NCBI GenBank assembly: GCA_963748625.1
Contig: CAVVJT010000007.1
Span: 512,001 to 576,000, forward strand
DNA from: an uncultured Chloroflexia bacterium
GTDB lineage: Bacteria; Chloroflexota; Limnocylindria; Limnocylindrales; CSP1-4
Reading direction: 5' to 3'
Length of the DNA: 64,000 nt
In this document: positions 61,347-64,000 of the stretch, piece after piece
How positions within the stretch are numbered: position 1 is the stretch's first letter
How the letters are laid out: the number at the start of each line of letters is the position of its first letter
Translations under genes and position numbers: made by a program
The notes under the pieces: generated by a model
Told to the model about the DNA's origin: nothing
The model's database searches: none
What the model saw: the letters and a program-made list of their open reading frames with translations, nothing else

Positions 61347-62930
61347 ATGCGCGACCTGCGCCTCGCCACCGAGGCGCGCCGCAGGACCGCACCCGCCCGC
61401 TCCGCGGACAACCCGCTGCGCGAGGGCCTGCGCCTCGAGCGCGTCCCGGACCCGGCCGCCTTCGTCCTGTTCGGCGCCACCGGCGACCTCGCCCACCGCA
61501 AGGTCATCCCGGCCCTGTTCCAGCTCTGGCGGACCCACCTGCTCCCCCACGAGTTCACGCTCATCGCCGTCGGCCGGCGCGCCTACACGGACGACACGTT
61601 CCGGGCCGAGGTCAAGGCCGCTCTCGACACGTACTCCCGGGTCCAGCCCGTTGACCCCGACACCTGGGACGAGCTCGCGAAGCGGATCCACTACCACCGC
61701 CTGGACTTCGCCGACAGCGCCGCCTACGCCTCGCTGGCGGAGACGCTCGACGCGCTCGACGTGGAGCGCGGCACCCGCGGCAACCGCATCTTCTACCTCG
61801 CCACGCAGCCGTCGGCCTTTCCCGAGATCGTCCAGCAGCTGGGCCGCGTGGGCCTCGACCACGAGCGCCACGATGGCGGCTGGCGCCGGGTCGTCATCGA
61901 GAAGCCGTTCGGCCACGACCTCGATTCGGCCATCCGGCTCAACCGCGAGGTGGGCAAGGTCTTCCGGGAGCAGCAGGTCTACCGCATCGACCACTACCTG
62001 GGCAAGGAGACCGTCCGCAACCTGCTGGTCTTCCGGTTCGGCAACGGCATCTTCGAGCCGATCTGGAACCGCCGCCACATCGACCACGTGCAGATCACCG
62101 TGGCCGAGTCGATCGGGATCGAGACCCGGGGCGCCTTCTACGAGGAGACCGGCGCCAGCCGCGACTTCCTCCAGAACCACCTGCTCCAGCTGCTCTCGCT
62201 CGTGGCGATGGAGCCGCCCACCACCTTCGAGGCCGACGCGCTGCGCGACGAGAAGGTCAAGGTCATCCGCGCGGTCACGGAGCTCTCCCCCGAGCAGATC
62301 CGGCGCGACATCGTCCGGGGCCAGTACGGCCCGGGCTGGGTGTCGGGCAAGCCCGTCATCGGCTACCGCGGGGAGCCGAACGTGGACCCTGCGTCGGAGA
62401 CGGAGACCTACGTCGCCGCTCGCCTCACCATCGACGACTGGCGCTGGTCCGGCGTCCCCTTCTACCTGCGGATGGGCAAGCGCCTGCCCAAGCGCGCGAC
62501 CGAGATCGCGATCCAGTTCAAGGAGGTCCCGCACCAGCTGTTCCGCGACAGCGTGTCGGATCCGGAGCCCAACCTGCTGACCATGCGGATCCAGCCCGAC
62601 GAGGGGATCATGCTGCGCTTCGGCGCCAAGGTCCCGGGCCTGGGCATCGACGTGCGCAACGTCACGATGGACTTCACGTACGGGTCGGCCTTCCAGGTGG
62701 ACTCGCCGGATGCCTACGAGACGCTGATCCTCGACGCGCTGCTCGGCGACGCCTCGCTGTTCACGCGGGCGGACGAGGTGGAGCAGGCATGGGCCATCGT
62801 CGATCCGATCATCAGCGCCTGGGCGGAGAGCCAGTCGCCGGACTTCCCCAGCTACGAGGCGGGCACGTGGGGACCGGAGACGGCCGACGACCTGCTCGCC
62901 CGCGAGGGACGACGGTGGCGCCGGATCTGA
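61347..62930 (+). CDS. zwf: Glucose-6-phosphate 1-dehydrogenase
   Basis: GATGDLA, EKPFG, RIDHYLGKE, WSGVPFYLR; AAGGAGG upstream; true start may be further upstream. Confidence 0.96.
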   Translation: MRDLRLATEARRRTAPARSADNPLREGLRLERVPDPAAFVLFGATGDLAHRKVIPALFQLWRTHLLPHEFTLIAVGRRAYTDDTFRAEVKAALDTYSRVQPVDPDTWDELAKRIHYHRLDFADSAAYASLAETLDALDVERGTRGNRIFYLATQPSAFPEIVQQLGRVGLDHERHDGGWRRVVIEKPFGHDLDSAIRLNREVGKVFREQQVYRIDHYLGKETVRNLLVFRFGNGIFEPIWNRRHIDHVQITVAESIGIETRGAFYEETGASRDFLQNHLLQLLSLVAMEPPTTFEADALRDEKVKVIRAVTELSPEQIRRDIVRGQYGPGWVSGKPVIGYRGEPNVDPASETETYVAARLTIDDWRWSGVPFYLRMGKRLPKRATEIAIQFKEVPHQLFRDSVSDPEPNLLTMRIQPDEGIMLRFGAKVPGLGIDVRNVTMDFTYGSAFQVDSPDAYETLILDALLGDASLFTRADEVEQAWAIVDPIISAWAESQSPDFPSYEAGTWGPETADDLLAREGRRWRRI

Positions 62931-64000
62931 ACGAGGGAGCCGGCGAGGGCCGGGTCCCGGGCGACATCATCGCCGTCGGGACGCGTCTCAGCGGGGGTGG
63001 ACGGATCGAGCTGGCCGAGGCGGCGCGGCCGGGCGAGGCGACGATGCGCTGGCTGTCGTCGGCCCACTCCATCGACGACATCGAGAAGGAGCTGGCCCGT
63101 ATCTGGGCGCAGCCGAACCTCGTGGTCGAGATGGACGGTGAGCGGGCGGGGCGGCACGTCGCCGCGCGGACGTCCGTGATGAACCTGGTGGTCGTCGCGA
63201 GGGCGCAGGAGACGGGTGAGCGGGCGGCGGGCACGATCCAGCGGCTCACGGGGCGCCACCCGTCACGGACGCTGGTGCTGCTGGCGGCGGATCCGGACGG
63301 GCCGCCCTGGCTCGACGCGCGCATCCAGGCCCACTGCGTGCTCCCCCGGCCCGATGCGCCCGAGACCTGCTCGGAGGTGATCTTCCTCACGGCGGGCGGC
63401 GAGAGTGGCCAGCACCTGGGCGCGCTGGTGTCACCGCTGCTCATCCACGACCTGCCGGTGACGACCTGGTGGCCCGGCGATCCCCCGCTCACGTCGGATC
63501 CCGCGGGCGAGCTGCTGGCGGTCACGGACCGGCTGGTGGTGGACGGGTCGTCGTGGGGCGGTGATGGGATGGGCCGCCTGGGCGAGCTGGCCAGCCTGTT
63601 CGACCTGTACCCGCGGCTGTCGGTCCAGGATTTCGCCTTCGTGCGCCAGGCGCGCTGGCGGGAGGCGATCGCGTCGGTGTTCGACGTGGCCGAGTTCCGG
63701 CCGTACCTGACGCACCTCAAGCGGGTCTCGGTGGCCTACGCGACCAGCGACGGGACAGGCGCGCCGGGGACGACGAACATCGTGAAGCCGCTGTACCACG
63801 TGGCCTGGCTGGCCTCGCGGCTCGGGATGCAGGCGGGTACGCCGCTGGCGCCGGTGGAGACGAAATCGAAGGCGCCGGTGCGGCTCCGCCCGGGCGAGAA
63901 GGCGCCGCTCCACCGGGGCCTGGCAACGAGGCTCCGGGGCCGGTCGTCGGAGGTGGGGGTCGTGATCCGGCCGATTGCGTCGTCGGCGGCGCCCGGGACG
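62915..64000 (+). CDS. opcA: G6PD assembly protein OpcA (runs off right edge)
   Basis: ARTSVMNLVVV, HPSRTLV, CSEVI, PLLIHDLPVTTWWPG, DRLVVD; directly after zwf. Confidence 0.88.
   Translation, partial: MAPDLNEGAGEGRVPGDIIAVGTRLSGGGRIELAEAARPGEATMRWLSSAHSIDDIEKELARIWAQPNLVVEMDGERAGRHVAARTSVMNLVVVARAQETGERAAGTIQRLTGRHPSRTLVLLAADPDGPPWLDARIQAHCVLPRPDAPETCSEVIFLTAGGESGQHLGALVSPLLIHDLPVTTWWPGDPPLTSDPAGELLAVTDRLVVDGSSWGGDGMGRLGELASLFDLYPRLSVQDFAFVRQARWREAIASVFDVAEFRPYLTHLKRVSVAYATSDGTGAPGTTNIVKPLYHVAWLASRLGMQAGTPLAPVETKSKAPVRLRPGEKAPLHRGLATRLRGRSSEVGVVIRPIASSAAPGT

Overview
Very GC-rich bacterial chromosomal window. Its core-gene set and protein style suggest Chloroflexota or a related Terrabacteria lineage; this is an inference and no database search was run. 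The housekeeping backbone is serC (3' end), tRNA-Ala(GGC), leuS, comEA-comEC-HD-holA, rsfS-nadD-obgE, a LysM/M23 peptidase, rho, pyrG, psuG with a PfkB kinase, and tkt-rpiB ... gnd-zwf-opcA. Accessory genes are interleaved: two ECF sigma/anti-sigma pairs, a degenerate membrane-tailed ECF, a TagF-like fusion, an ABC exporter, a SARP/NB-ARC regulator, a GT4 + alpha/alpha-barrel + GH130 trio and a VapBC pair. No CRISPR, rRNA, integrase or transposase was seen. The most notable signals are: (1) an orphan CpaF/TadA pilus ATPase fused to a catalytically degenerate RidA-fold domain; (2) an ECF module with a near-identical 34-bp promoter in front of the sigma gene and a small secreted protein, next to a membrane-tailed pseudo-sigma; (3) recurrent ~55-170 bp imperfect palindromes with unrelated arm sequences, often beside short tandem repeats, plus a CTAG-bounded MITE-like insert; (4) genes collapsed by in-frame internal deletion; (5) widespread leaderless TANNNT-N6/7-ATG starts. 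Start codons were chosen by eye.
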